From NCBI GenBank assembly GCA_963762145.1, contig CAVXJS010000019.1:224001-288000 (forward strand): a stretch of DNA of 64,000 nt, written 5' to 3'. Source of the DNA: an uncultured Candidatus Rokubacteria bacterium (GTDB lineage Bacteria; Methylomirabilota; Methylomirabilia; Rokubacteriales; CSP1-6). Under the pieces are notes generated by a model. It did not search any database and had not been told where the DNA came from. It saw nothing but the letters and a program-made list of their open reading frames with translations. A program made the position numbers and the translations under genes. Of this stretch, positions 9,179-18,737 are shown one piece after another (position 1 is the first letter of the stretch; every line of letters begins with the position of its first letter).

Positions 9179-12100
9179 GGCCGGCCGGCCTCGCGCGCGA
9201 GGAGTGCCACCGGGAAGTGGGCGAACAGCGCGGGTACCGGGAGCACCGTGACGCCATCGTACCGCTCGGTGGCCACCGTGAGCCCCGAGAAGCGGTCGCG
9301 GTAGACGCCGGCGAGGTCGTCGGCGAGAGCGACCCACGTGTGCTCCCACGCGGGCTCGCCGACCGGGAAGCGGCCGGTGAGGCCGGCGAGGCGAGCGGTC
9401 AGGCGCGGCACCGCGGCGATCACCGCGTCGGGTCCGTCCACCCGCGCCAGCGCCACCACGTGATCGGCGTGGCGGCCGCCGGGGGCGAGCCCGCGGTACT
9501 GGCCCGCGGCGAAGAGCCGGCCCCGCTGCCGCCGCAGGGTGAGAGCGCGGTGGGTCAGGAAGAGCTTCACCCGACCGTCCGGCCAGTGCTCGAGCAGCTC
9601 CGCACAGAGGGCGGTCAGGTCGGGGGCCTCCGCGCCTTCTCCGGGAACGCGGGCGCGCAGGGCGTCGAGGAGCGCCACGCGGTGGGCGAAGTCCACCGGC
9701 CGGCGGTTGTCGGGATCCACGAGGGACAGCTCCCAGAGCTCGGTGCCCTGGTAGAGATCGGGAATTCCCGGGGACACGATCTTGAGCAGGGTCTGCGCGA
9801 GCGAGTTGACCGCCCCGTGCGCGGCGATCAGGCGCTGGAACGGCCGGAAGGCGGAGAGAAAGGCCCCGCCCGGCGCGAGCAGGCCGGTCACGAACCCGCG
9901 GGTCGCCGCGTCGTAGGCGGCGCTCGGGTTCACCCAGCTCGTGTGCCGCTTGGCCTCCTTGGTGGCCTTCTCCATGTAGGCGGCCAGGCGGTCGGTCAGC
10001 GTCTCGATCGGCTCGTCGGTGTCCCGGGCGGGCCAGGCGCCCACCAGGGTCTGGTAGAACAGGTACTCGTCGTTGGCGTCGGGCGCGGCGCGGCCGTCCA
10101 CGTCCACCTTGAAGCGGCGGGCGAGGGCCCGCCAGCGCCGGACCTCGGCGGCCCAGGCGGCGGGGACCTCGGAGAGCACGTTGATGCGCGCGCGCACGTC
10201 CTCGCCCCGCTTGGTGTCGTGGGTCGCGGTGGCGACGAGGGACTCCGGCCACCGGTCCAGACGCGCCGCGTTCTTGTCGTGGAAGACGGCGGGCGATTCG
10301 CCGTAGCGCGCGGGATCTCCGCCGACCTCGTTGAGCGAGACGAGGCGGTTGTAGACGTAGAACGCGGTGTCCTCGACGCCCTTGGCGGTGATCGGCCCGG
10401 TCGTCTGCTGGAAGCGCATCGCGAAGTGCCGGCGGGCGGCCAGGTCGCCGGGATCCGGGCGGGCCGGGTTCCGCACCAGGAGGACGTCGCGAAGGAAGTC
10501 GAAGATCGAGACGTTCACGGTGGGGTTGCGGCGCTTGGCCTCCGCGACCGCTTCCTCGATGTACGCCCGGTCGCGGGCGCTCGGGTCCCGCCCGTCGTCG
10601 CCCACGTAGGTGCGGTAGACCGAGAATGCGGCCACCACCTCGCGGATCACGCGGACCAGGCTGTAGAGGGTGAAGTCGCGCGAGAGGCGATCGCGCTCGG
10701 ACATGGAATCCAGGTGATGGCCGAGCTGGTTGATCTCGCTCGCCATCGAGACCTGCATGATGAGGCGCTTGGCGGCGTAGGTGTGATCGGCGAGCAGCCC
10801 GCCCGCCCCGGCGAGCCGCGTGTACAGCGAGGTCATCTGCCGGGACGTTCCGCGGTCCACGAAGAGCCCGTTCACCGAGGCCAGGAAGTCGTAGCCGGTG
10901 GTGCCGGCAACCGCCCACCAGTCGGGCAGGGGCTCGCCCGGACTCAGGATCTTCTCCGCTGCGATCCAGAGCGGCCGGGCCTCCGCGGCGGCCGGCTGCT
11001 CCAGGGCGCGGGCGCGGTAGAGCGCGCCGAGCGCCTCCGCCTCCGCGGGGCCCAGCTCGGGCACGAGGCGTCGCGCGGTCGCCACCAGCGCGCCTTCCTG
11101 GAGGCGGCGGAAGTACTCGCCCGGCGCGTAGAGCCCGTCCGGATGGTCCACCCGCAGCGCGGTCACCTTGCCCTCGCCCACCAGCCGCACCACGAGCTCG
11201 TGGGCCGCGTCGAACACGACGCGCTCCTCCATGCGGATGGCGGCCAGGTGGCTCACGTCGAAGAACCGGCGGTAGTTCACCTCGTCGCCCGCCACGCGCC
11301 AGTCCGCGAGCCGGTAGGTCTGGGCCGAGAGCAGGCGGTCGAGCGCGTCGAAGCTCGCCGGGTTCCCCGCGACGCCGTTCACCGCGCGCACCGTCTCCTC
11401 GATGTGCTCGCGGATCTCGGCCGACTCCTTCGCGAGGGCGGCGAGGCGCCGCTTGGCGATCTCCTTCTCGCGGAGCCGCTCCTCGAGGCGCGCGGGATCG
11501 GTCTCGGTACGCCCGGGCAGGTGCTCGAGCGCGGTCAGGATGCTGCGCAGCTCGAGCAGCCCCGTGTCTTCCGGGCCCAGGCGGCCCGCGAGGACGGGCA
11601 GGCGCTCGGTCAGGATCTGCGCGTAGGTGTCGGGGGCGATGGGCAGGCGCGCGCCGGCGTAGCGGAGGTGGAAGGCACCGTCCGCGAACTCGAGCTGGAG
11701 CTGCTGCGACTCCAGCACGCGGCCGTACTGGTCGGGCAGGACGGGCAGGAGCACGCGATCGCGCAGCTCGGGCTTGAACGGTGTCCAGTCGATGTCGAAG
11801 AACCCGGCGCGGGGCGAAGCCCGGCCGTTCTCCAGGACGTCCAGCCACCAGGGATTGGCGTCCCCTGCGATGCCCATGTGATTGGGCACCACGTCGAGGA
11901 TGAGGCCGAGGCCGCGCGCGGCCAGCGCGGCGGCCATGTGATCGAAGGCGGCCGCGCCGCCGATCTCGGGGTTGAACGCGTTGTGATCGGTGACGTCGTA
12001 GCCGTGCGAGCTGCCGGGCCCGCAGCGGAAGCAGGGAGAGAGGTAGGCGTCGCTCACGCCGAGCGCGTCGAGGTACGGGCCGAGCGACGCCACCGCGTCG

Positions 12101-12198
12101 AAGCCGTGCGCGCTTCCGAGCTGCAGGCGATACGTGGCATGACGCTCGCGGCGCAGCGCGGCAGCCGCCTGCTGGAAGAGGACGCCGACCTCGATCAT
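9175..12198 (-). CDS. treY: Malto-oligosyltrehalose synthase TreY
   Basis: ATYRLQ, GSSHGYDVTD, DVVPNHM, NYRRFFD, LRVDHPDGL, KGVEDTAFY, THDTKRGED, SLVDPDNRRPVDF. Confidence 0.95.
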   Translation of the reverse strand: MIEVGVLFQQAAAALRRERHATYRLQLGSAHGFDAVASLGPYLDALGVSDAYLSPCFRCGPGSSHGYDVTDHNAFNPEIGGAAAFDHMAAALAARGLGLILDVVPNHMGIAGDANPWWLDVLENGRASPRAGFFDIDWTPFKPELRDRVLLPVLPDQYGRVLESQQLQLEFADGAFHLRYAGARLPIAPDTYAQILTERLPVLAGRLGPEDTGLLELRSILTALEHLPGRTETDPARLEERLREKEIAKRRLAALAKESAEIREHIEETVRAVNGVAGNPASFDALDRLLSAQTYRLADWRVAGDEVNYRRFFDVSHLAAIRMEERVVFDAAHELVVRLVGEGKVTALRVDHPDGLYAPGEYFRRLQEGALVATARRLVPELGPAEAEALGALYRARALEQPAAAEARPLWIAAEKILSPGEPLPDWWAVAGTTGYDFLASVNGLFVDRGTSRQMTSLYTRLAGAGGLLADHTYAAKRLIMQVSMASEINQLGHHLDSMSERDRLSRDFTLYSLVRVIREVVAAFSVYRTYVGDDGRDPSARDRAYIEEAVAEAKRRNPTVNVSIFDFLRDVLLVRNPARPDPGDLAARRHFAMRFQQTTGPITAKGVEDTAFYVYNRLVSLNEVGGDPARYGESPAVFHDKNAARLDRWPESLVATATHDTKRGEDVRARINVLSEVPAAWAAEVRRWRALARRFKVDVDGRAAPDANDEYLFYQTLVGAWPARDTDEPIETLTDRLAAYMEKATKEAKRHTSWVNPSAAYDAATRGFVTGLLAPGGAFLSAFRPFQRLIAAHGAVNSLAQTLLKIVSPGIPDLYQGTELWELSLVDPDNRRPVDFAHRVALLDALRARVPGEGAEAPDLTALCAELLEHWPDGRVKLFLTHRALTLRRQRGRLFAAGQYRGLAPGGRHADHVVALARVDGPDAVIAAVPRLTARLAGLTGRFPVGEPAWEHTWVALADDLAGVYRDRFSGLTVATERYDGVTVLPVPALFAHFPVALLAREAGRP

Positions 12199-12201
12199 GC
12201 G

Positions 12202-12906
12202 CTAGAGGTGGGTCAAGGTCTCCCGCGGATGCGGCTCGCGGTTGCGCAGGTGTCGCTCGAGGATCTGGCGCGCCAGCGCGCGCCCGCCGAGGCCGAAGGC
12301 CAGGGCCAGGGCGAAGATCAGGCCCCCGAAGGTGATGCCGAAGGCCACCAGCACCATCTCCTTGCCGATCCCCAGGTGGGTGATCGCGGTGGCGCTCGCG
12401 AAGAGCAGCACGCCCCAGCGGATCGCGCGCGCGAGCAGGCGCGCCTCCGGCACGCGCGCGTTGACCGCCGCGATGAGGGCGCCCTCGCCCAGGAAGTTGG
12501 CCACGAGCCAGCCCACGAGCAGGATCAGCGCCGCGCCCATCACGCGCGGCACCCACGCGAACATGAACTCGGTGAGGCGCCCGGTGCCCGGAATCGCGAG
12601 CGCGTCGATGGCCATGGACAGGAAGAGGACGAGGATGCTCCAGAAGACGACGAGTGCCAGCACTTGCGACGGCGGCCGGCGCACGCCGGCGCGGCTGAGC
12701 TGCGAGACGATGCCCCAGCTCTCGGCGCGTCGGTCGAAGGCCACCGCCTGCGACACGCGCCGGGTGAGGCGCGCGGCGATCCAGGCCCCCGCGAGGCCGA
12801 CGACCGCCAGGGTCAGCATCGCGAGGATGCCCGGCATCACGAGGACCAGCCTCGTCTTCAGATCCGCGAGTGCGGCCCACACGAGATCACCCCACATGTC
12901 CGTCAT
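12202..12906 (-). CDS. Multi-pass membrane protein, conserved TM-helix repeat (CmpX / MscS-associated type)
   Basis: Two P.(I/V)..A..IL.VG...A repeats and a C-terminal ALAFGLGGR. Confidence 0.75.
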   Translation of the reverse strand: MTDMWGDLVWAALADLKTRLVLVMPGILAMLTLAVVGLAGAWIAARLTRRVSQAVAFDRRAESWGIVSQLSRAGVRRPPSQVLALVVFWSILVLFLSMAIDALAIPGTGRLTEFMFAWVPRVMGAALILLVGWLVANFLGEGALIAAVNARVPEARLLARAIRWGVLLFASATAITHLGIGKEMVLVAFGITFGGLIFALALAFGLGGRALARQILERHLRNREPHPRETLTHL

Positions 12907-12969
12907 GTTCCGCGCCTCCTTCCGTCCGTTTCGGTGCGGGAATGTCCCACGGTATCACGCGTGGAAGGT

Positions 12970-12985
12970 CGCAGAAAGGCTGCCC
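12970..12985 (-). promoter_or_regulatory. Possible sigma-54 promoter for the TM-helix-treY-treZ operon
   Basis: Minus strand reads GGGCAGCCTTTCTGCG (GG-N10-GC); imperfect match. Confidence 0.45.
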
Positions 12986-13024
12986 GCTGGGAGTATCACG
13001 CCGACGAGTCGGTGTTACCGCCCT

Positions 13025-13039
13025 CGGTAACGTTTACCG
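13025..13039. promoter_or_regulatory. Palindrome CGGTAA-CGT-TTACCG, candidate enhancer (UAS)
   Basis: Perfect 6-bp inverted repeat about 100 bp upstream of a sigma-54 promoter. Confidence 0.5.
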
Positions 13040-13134
13040 GTCCTTCGCGCGACGCGGGCCGGCCGCGGCGCGGCCCGCCGCGTGGGTCCGCGGCTTTTCG
13101 AGCGCTTGGCGGCGCCGCCGACCGGGACGCCGCG

Positions 13135-13150
13135 TGGCACAAGGCTTGCC
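13135..13150 (+). promoter_or_regulatory. Sigma-54 promoter
   Basis: TGGCACAAGGCTTGCC. Confidence 0.8.
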
Positions 13151-13200
13151 GATGTTCCGAGCGTCATGAGGATCGCCCTGCGTGCCGCCAGGAGGTGTCG

Positions 13201-13689
13201 ATGAGTCCGGCGGGCCGCGCCCGGCTGCCTCTGCGCGAGCGGATCGCGCAGAGCTTCACCCAGGTCGAGGACGTGCTCTACGTGGGGATCGGCGTGATGC
13301 TGGCGGCCGGCGCCATCGGGCTCCTGATCAGCGCGGGAGCGACGTTCGCGCGCAGCGTGGTGGTCGGGGCGATCGGAGGCAGCATCGTGGGACTGCTCGA
13401 CCAGCTCCTGCTGATCCTGATGATGATCGAGATCCTCTACACGGTGCAGGTGTCGTTCCGGGAGCACGTGCTGGTGCCGGAGCCCTTCGTGCTGGTGGCG
13501 ATGATCGCGGCGGTGCGGCGGATCCTGGTGCTCACCGCGGAGTTCGGCAAGCTGATGGAGCAGGGCGACCAGGTCTTTCGCAACGCGATGATCGAGCTCG
13601 GGGTGCTCACCGTGATGACCGGGGTCATGGTGGCCTGCCTGGTGGGCCTGCGAAAGCGCGACAAGGCGGTGGTGGCCGAGCGGGCCTGA
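13201..13689 (+). CDS. Phosphate-starvation-inducible PsiE family membrane protein
   Basis: LLDQLLLILMMIEILYTV...EPFVLVAMIAAVRRIL; AGGAGG SD. Confidence 0.85.
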   Translation: MSPAGRARLPLRERIAQSFTQVEDVLYVGIGVMLAAGAIGLLISAGATFARSVVVGAIGGSIVGLLDQLLLILMMIEILYTVQVSFREHVLVPEPFVLVAMIAAVRRILVLTAEFGKLMEQGDQVFRNAMIELGVLTVMTGVMVACLVGLRKRDKAVVAERA

Positions 13690-13713
13690 GATGTCTCACG
13701 CGAGGAGCGGGAC

Positions 13714-14163
13714 ATGAAGATCCAGCAGATCGACGAGGTGGACGGACGGCGCACGTTCGTGATGGTTTGCGACCGGGGCGACGACCCCGTGGAGGCTCTG
13801 ACCGCGGCGGCGAAGCGCTTCGACCTCTCCGCCGCCTCGCTCACCGGGATCGGAGCTTTCTCCGGGGTCACGCTCGGCTTCTTTGATCGGGGCCGGCGGG
13901 ACTATGCCCGCCGGGTCATCCGGGAGCAGGTCGAGGTGGTCTCCCTGCTCGGCAATGTCGCCCTCGATGGCGGCGAGCCCCGGGTGCACGTCCACGTGGC
14001 GGTGGCCCGATACGACGGGAGCGCGCTTGGCGGCCACCTCCTGGGCGGGACGGTGGATCCCACCCTGGAGGTCATCATTCTCGAGTCGCCCAGAATCCTC
14101 CGGCGAAAGACAGACCAAACGACGGGTCTGGCGCTCCTCGATCTCGATTGGAGCCGGTCCTAA
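13714..14163 (+). CDS. PPC domain (DUF296) protein
   Basis: GIGA, EVVSLLGN, HVHVAV, GGHL. Confidence 0.9.
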   Translation: MKIQQIDEVDGRRTFVMVCDRGDDPVEALTAAAKRFDLSAASLTGIGAFSGVTLGFFDRGRRDYARRVIREQVEVVSLLGNVALDGGEPRVHVHVAVARYDGSALGGHLLGGTVDPTLEVIILESPRILRRKTDQTTGLALLDLDWSRS

Positions 14164-14306
14164 TTACACGGTAATATCTTCCTGTCACTCAGAGGATGAG
14201 GGGCAAATTACGCTCCAGTGAACTTTTATCTTCGCCATCGTAACTAACAGTAAAGATGTAATAGAAGTCTATTTTTCCCACCTGGGTCCTTCAGCCTGTT
14301 TTTGAG

Positions 14307-14322
14307 GGGCATATGGCTTGCA
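14307..14322 (+). promoter_or_regulatory. Sigma-54 promoter of the NtrC-type activator
   Basis: GGGCATATGGCTTGCA at the end of an AT-rich intergenic region. Confidence 0.7.
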
Positions 14323-14386
14323 GCCATGGGGCGACTACTCAAATTCGTCACGTGAACCCTCGCGCGCTAGCCGAAAGGGGCTGACC

Positions 14387-15757
14387 ATGAAGCATCGGAT
14401 CCTGATCGCAGATGACGACGAGTCCGGCCGCGGCGGTCTGGCCGCCTTGCTGACCATGTGGGGGTACGACGTGCAGGAAGCGGTGGACGGCAAGGATGCG
14501 CTGGAGCGCGCACCGACGTTCCGGCCCCACGTCGTGGTTGCCGACATGGTCATGCCGGTGATCGACGGGATCGGGTTGCTCAAGCCCCTCGCCGCGACGG
14601 TCCCGGAGGCCGCCGTCATCCTGCTCACCGCCCACGGGTCCATCGAGACCGCGGTGTCGGCCATGAGGGAGGGCGCCTACGACTACATGACCAAGCCGGT
14701 GGACCCACGCCGGCTCCGGGTTCTCGTGGAGAAGGCGGTCGAGAAGGTCCAGGTCAACCGCGAGGTCACCGTGCTTCGCCGCCAGCTCAAGGAGACCCGA
14801 GGGCTCGGTCCCCTGCTGGGCGTGAGTCCCGCGATGCAGGAGGTTTATCGGCTGATCGAGATGGCGGCCCCGAGCCCGGCGCCGGTGCTGATCCTGGGCG
14901 AGACCGGGACCGGCAAGGAGCTGGCTGCACGCACCATTCACGAGCTCTCGAACCGGGCGAAGGGGCCCTTCGTGGCGGTGAACTGCTCGGCGATTCCGGA
15001 GACGCTCCTCGAGAGCGAGCTGTTCGGCCACGAGAAGGGGGCCTTCACCGGCGCGATGGCGCGCCGGCCTGGGTACTTCGAGCTCGCCGATGGCGGGACC
15101 ATCTTCCTCGACGAGATCGCCGAGATGAGCTCGGCCCTGCAGGCCAAGTACCTCCGCGTGCTGCAGGACAGCCAGGTGCGGCGCATCGGCGGCCACGACG
15201 AGGTCTCGGTGGACGTGCGGGTCGTGTGTGCGACCAACAAGGATGTGGTCAAGGCGGTGCAGGAGGGGGCGTTCCGGGAGGACCTCTACTACCGGGTGAA
15301 CGTCCTGACGATCCCGCTGCCGCCGCTGCGCCGGCGGCACGAGGACATCCTGCTCCTCGCCGAAGCCTTCATGGCCGAGTTCAACGACAAGTACGAGCGG
15401 CAGGTGCGCGGGATCGACGAGGCCGCGCTCAAGCTGCTGCGCGAGCATGCCTGGCCTGGCAACGTGCGGGAATTGCGGAACGTCATCGAGCGCGCGGTGG
15501 TCTCGTGCGAGGACGGGATGATCACTGCCGAGGCCCTGCCGATCGCTCCGCTGGGGACCCAGCCCACCGAGCGCGCCAACGTGGTGGTCCTGCCGGTGGG
15601 CACCACCCTCGACGACGGCGAGAAGCAGCTGATCCTGAGGACGCTCCAGTCCGTGAACAACAACAAGACCCGGGCCGCCGAGATCCTTGGAACCACGCCG
15701 AAGACGCTCCACAACAAGGCACGCCGGTGGCGGGAGCTTCAAGCCGAAGAGCGGTAG
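14387..15757 (+). CDS. Sigma-54-dependent response regulator (REC-AAA+-Fis HTH; NtrC/AtoC family)
   Basis: REC domain, GETGTGKE, ESELFGHEKGAFTGA, FLDEI, WPGNVREL, C-terminal HTH. Confidence 0.95.
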   Translation: MKHRILIADDDESGRGGLAALLTMWGYDVQEAVDGKDALERAPTFRPHVVVADMVMPVIDGIGLLKPLAATVPEAAVILLTAHGSIETAVSAMREGAYDYMTKPVDPRRLRVLVEKAVEKVQVNREVTVLRRQLKETRGLGPLLGVSPAMQEVYRLIEMAAPSPAPVLILGETGTGKELAARTIHELSNRAKGPFVAVNCSAIPETLLESELFGHEKGAFTGAMARRPGYFELADGGTIFLDEIAEMSSALQAKYLRVLQDSQVRRIGGHDEVSVDVRVVCATNKDVVKAVQEGAFREDLYYRVNVLTIPLPPLRRRHEDILLLAEAFMAEFNDKYERQVRGIDEAALKLLREHAWPGNVRELRNVIERAVVSCEDGMITAEALPIAPLGTQPTERANVVVLPVGTTLDDGEKQLILRTLQSVNNNKTRAAEILGTTPKTLHNKARRWRELQAEER

Positions 15758-15764
15758 GGGACGC

Positions 15765-15805
15765 CACGGGCGGCGGCGAGGCAATCGCCGCCGCCCGTGT
15801 TTTTT
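15765..15805 (+). terminator. Rho-independent terminator
   Basis: 15-bp perfect stem CACGGGCGGCGGCGA/TCGCCGCCGCCCGTG followed by a T run. Confidence 0.9.
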
Positions 15806-15855
15806 CTGCTTTTCTTCTGCGGATTTGACCTGAGGAGTAGTCCTGCCCGAAGGAG

Positions 15856-16749
15856 CTAGCGGCGGCGTTCGCCGGCGCGAGGCTGGGCGCCGATCCACAC
15901 CACCCAGGGCCGGCTGGAGGAGGCCTCCTGCCGGATCTCAACCGGATAGCCTTGCTGCTGGATGCTGCTGGCCAGACGACTGGCTGCGTCCCGGTCCGCG
16001 AAGGCGGCCGCAGGGGTCCAGTCGCGGCCGCCCTTCCCGGTATCCACCGCAGGCGCTGTGGGCGCGGCAGGTGTGCGACCCGGCGTGGTATTCAGGACGG
16101 CGGCCTGGGGCTGCCGAGGTGGCTCGGGCGCCCGACTCACACGAGACTCGGGTGCCGGCACGATAGCAGGTCGCGGCTGGACCGGCGGGAGTGAGGGCGC
16201 CGCGGGTGGCGGCCCAGCGGGCGGAAGTGTCGGTCTCGTCGACTCGACGGTGGCCGCCGGGACGTCTGGTGTGCTCGGCGGCGCGCTCGGCACCGGTGAG
16301 GGAGCCGGCTCCGGTACGCTGCGGGACCCGGTGATGTCCCGTGGGTCCGTCGGCCTCGGCGATGGGGCGAGCGGGTCCAGCACGCGGGACGCGGCGAAGG
16401 GGTCGCGAAGCGCCTCGGACATCGACGGGGGTGCCAACTGCGATCCGCTCACGAGCGGGGCAGACGGACCTGGGTCGCTCGCCGTGGCAGCGGTGTCCAG
16501 CACCGCTCCCACCATGTAGCTCAGGCCGAAGAAGATGAGCAGGAACGTGGGGACGAACGTGGCCGCGGCGATCAGGGGCCCGGGCACGGCACCCAGGAGC
16601 TGGAGGCCGCGGGGCTCGTCGACCCCCTCGTCGTCAAGCTCGTCGACCTCGTCTCGCTCCTCGGGAAAGACGTCGTCCTTCGAAATGAGGTCGGACGGCT
16701 CCGGCACCACGTCCTCCTCGATGTCGTCTTCGCGCTCGCGGGCTTTCAT
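15856..16749 (-). CDS. Membrane-anchored Pro-rich protein with C-terminal SPOR-like domain
   Basis: Acidic N-terminus, one TM, Pro-rich linker, AF.DR.AA..LA..I...GYPV...W.VWIG. Confidence 0.7.
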   Translation of the reverse strand: MKAREREDDIEEDVVPEPSDLISKDDVFPEERDEVDELDDEGVDEPRGLQLLGAVPGPLIAAATFVPTFLLIFFGLSYMVGAVLDTAATASDPGPSAPLVSGSQLAPPSMSEALRDPFAASRVLDPLAPSPRPTDPRDITGSRSVPEPAPSPVPSAPPSTPDVPAATVESTRPTLPPAGPPPAAPSLPPVQPRPAIVPAPESRVSRAPEPPRQPQAAVLNTTPGRTPAAPTAPAVDTGKGGRDWTPAAAFADRDAASRLASSIQQQGYPVEIRQEASSSRPWVVWIGAQPRAGERRR

Positions 16750-16774
16750 TCGGAGTCTCACGCTGGCAATCATA

Positions 16775-16790
16775 CGCAAGTGACGTGCCA
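16775..16790 (-). promoter_or_regulatory. Sigma-54 promoter (SPOR gene)
   Basis: Minus strand reads TGGCACGTCACTTGCG. Confidence 0.8.
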
Positions 16791-16910
16791 TGCACGAACG
16801 GAAAGAGTCTCCGGTTCGCGACCGGGATGCCCGCAACGACCGATGGAGGGCGGGTAGGAATTTCCGAGGGGTGTCGAGGAATTTTTTCCACGTCGGAGGA
16901 GTCGACGCGC

Positions 16911-16926
16911 TGGCACGCGGGTTGCG
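16911..16926 (+). promoter_or_regulatory. Sigma-54 promoter (ANTAR gene)
   Basis: TGGCACGCGGGTTGCG. Confidence 0.8.
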
Positions 16927-16953
16927 ATGAGCGCGGCGCTCAGGAGGTGCTCA

Positions 16954-17568
16954 ATGCGATCGATCCGTCGGATGTTCCAGAATGGTCCGCCGCGCTGGCG
17001 AGTGGCGATTCTCGAGTCGGATACCTCCTCTCGCGTCGCGCTGCGCGCGGCCGTCGAGGACGCGGGCGGTCTCGTCGCGGTCGAGGCTCCGCTTCGCCTC
17101 GACGCGGTCGTGCTGATGAAGCAGACGCGACCCGACGTCGTGATCATGGCGCCCAGTCTCTCCGGAGCGCGCGAGCCGGCCCTGATGCCGCGCATCACCG
17201 CCGAGCTGGAGTGCCCCGCCGTCCTGTTCACGCGCGACACCGATCAGACCGTGGTCAAGCAGGCCAATCGTGCCGGGATAATGGGCTTCATGCTCAAGCC
17301 GCTGCGTGCGGCGGAGATCGGGCCGACGCTCGACCTCGCCCTGGCGCGGTTCCGCGAGCTACGCCGGCTCCAACAGGCGCGCGCCGAGCGGCCGATCGTG
17401 GATCAGGCGAAGGGCAAGCTGATGAGCGACCGACAGCTCAGCGAGGCGGAGGCGTTTCGGTGGCTGCGGCGCCAGGCCATGGATTCCCGGCAGCGCCTGG
17501 GCGACGTGGCGCGGGAGGTGCTGGCGGGAGAGGCCGCGTTCCAGGCGCTCGCCGAAGGGGCTCGATGA
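16954..17568 (+). CDS. ANTAR-domain response regulator with pseudo-receiver
   Basis: ERPIVDQAKGKLM...SEAEAFRWLRRQAMD (ANTAR); receiver has PDVVIMA where D is expected; GGAGG SD before ATG 16954. Confidence 0.9.
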   Translation: MRSIRRMFQNGPPRWRVAILESDTSSRVALRAAVEDAGGLVAVEAPLRLDAVVLMKQTRPDVVIMAPSLSGAREPALMPRITAELECPAVLFTRDTDQTVVKQANRAGIMGFMLKPLRAAEIGPTLDLALARFRELRRLQQARAERPIVDQAKGKLMSDRQLSEAEAFRWLRRQAMDSRQRLGDVAREVLAGEAAFQALAEGAR

Positions 17569-17720
17569 CGCGCTGCGCGTACTTAGGCCGATTGGGGCCG
17601 GCTGGAAGGCTTTACACGATCGGCCATGAAATTCCTACTCGGTCGGGACGGTTCGTCGTGCGGGCCCCACTTCGATCATATGACTGGGGAACTTGCCGGG
17701 GGGCGGGATCATAATCGAGC

Positions 17721-17736
17721 TGGCATGGGCGATGCT
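17721..17736 (+). promoter_or_regulatory. Sigma-54 promoter
   Basis: TGGCATGGGCGATGCT. Confidence 0.7.
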
Positions 17737-17764
17737 ACCTCAGGATCCCACGGAGGTGACAACC

Positions 17765-18103
17765 ATGGAAATCATCGTGGTGGCGACGATGCTGCTCGTG
17801 GTCGTGCTCCTTGGAGTCGCGGTCAAGCTCTACGACCTCAAACGGAAGCGAGAGGATGAGGCGATCGCGGCCCAGGCCAGGATCTCCGATGCCTTGCTGA
17901 TGGACGCGACCCTGGCCGGGTTGCCGCTGACGCCCACCGCGCATCTGCCGCTCTGGAAGGGTTCACCGCTCGTGGTCGAGATCACCGGCCAGGTGCCCCG
18001 ACCCGAGCTTCGCGAAGCGGCGGTGGACGTGGCCAAGCGTGAGATGAATCGTAGCCGGTCCGACTTCCGCATCGAGGACCGGATCGCGGTCCACGCCGCG
18101 TAG
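17765..18103 (+). CDS. Small membrane-anchored protein (possibly BON-like)
   Basis: GGAGG SD, N-terminal TM, V.ITG.VP...R..A...A pattern. Confidence 0.65.
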   Translation: MEIIVVATMLLVVVLLGVAVKLYDLKRKREDEAIAAQARISDALLMDATLAGLPLTPTAHLPLWKGSPLVVEITGQVPRPELREAAVDVAKREMNRSRSDFRIEDRIAVHAA

Positions 18104-18107
18104 CTGC

Positions 18108-18737
18108 ATGCGCGCAGACCTGCTGCCGCGATACCTGGTTCCGATCGTCCTGGTCGCATTGGCCGTCGGGGCTCCGGCGCCTGCGCGCGCCGGGGCCCCG
18201 ACCGACCAGCTCAAGGCCTCGGTCGACCAGATCATCAAGGTCCTGGAGGATCCGGCGCTCAAGCCGGAGGCCAGGGCCCAGGAGCGACGGGCTGCGATTC
18301 GCAAGGAGGCCGAAGGGGCCTTCGACTTCACCGAGACCGCCAAGAGGGCTCTCGGCCGGCACTGGCAGGCCCTGGCCGAGAAGGACCGGCAGGAGTTCAC
18401 GGCGTTGTTCACCGATCTGATCGAGCGGGCCTACATCTGGAAGATCGAGCGGTATAGCGGCGAGCGGATCGCGTACGCGGGCGAGGCGATGGACGGCGGG
18501 CTCGCCACCGTGCGGACGCGGTTCGTGACCAAGCAGGGGACCGAGGTGCCGGTGGACTACCGGATGCAGCAGCGGGGGGACCGGTGGCTCGTGTACGATG
18601 TCTCCGTCGAGGGCGTGAGCTTGATCAACAACTACCGGACCCAGTTCGACAAGATCATCCAGACCTCCTCGTACGCGGAGCTGGTCCGGAAGATGAAGGC
18701 GGCCGAGTTCGCCCAGCCGGCCTCACCGCGGTCGTGA
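18108..18737 (+). CDS. MlaC/Ttg2D family phospholipid-binding protein
   Basis: Signal peptide, FDFTETAKRALGRHW, WLVYDVSVEGVSLINNYRTQF. Confidence 0.92.
   Translation: MRADLLPRYLVPIVLVALAVGAPAPARAGAPTDQLKASVDQIIKVLEDPALKPEARAQERRAAIRKEAEGAFDFTETAKRALGRHWQALAEKDRQEFTALFTDLIERAYIWKIERYSGERIAYAGEAMDGGLATVRTRFVTKQGTEVPVDYRMQQRGDRWLVYDVSVEGVSLINNYRTQFDKIIQTSSYAELVRKMKAAEFAQPASPRS

Noticed and set aside
7334-12880. 1848-aa ORF suggesting a giant TreZ fusion
   Set aside because: Only the last 614 aa are TreZ; the rest is an alternative frame over treY and its upstream gene.
14161-14345. AT-rich patch as foreign DNA
   Set aside because: Short, and explained as the regulatory region of the sigma-54 activator.
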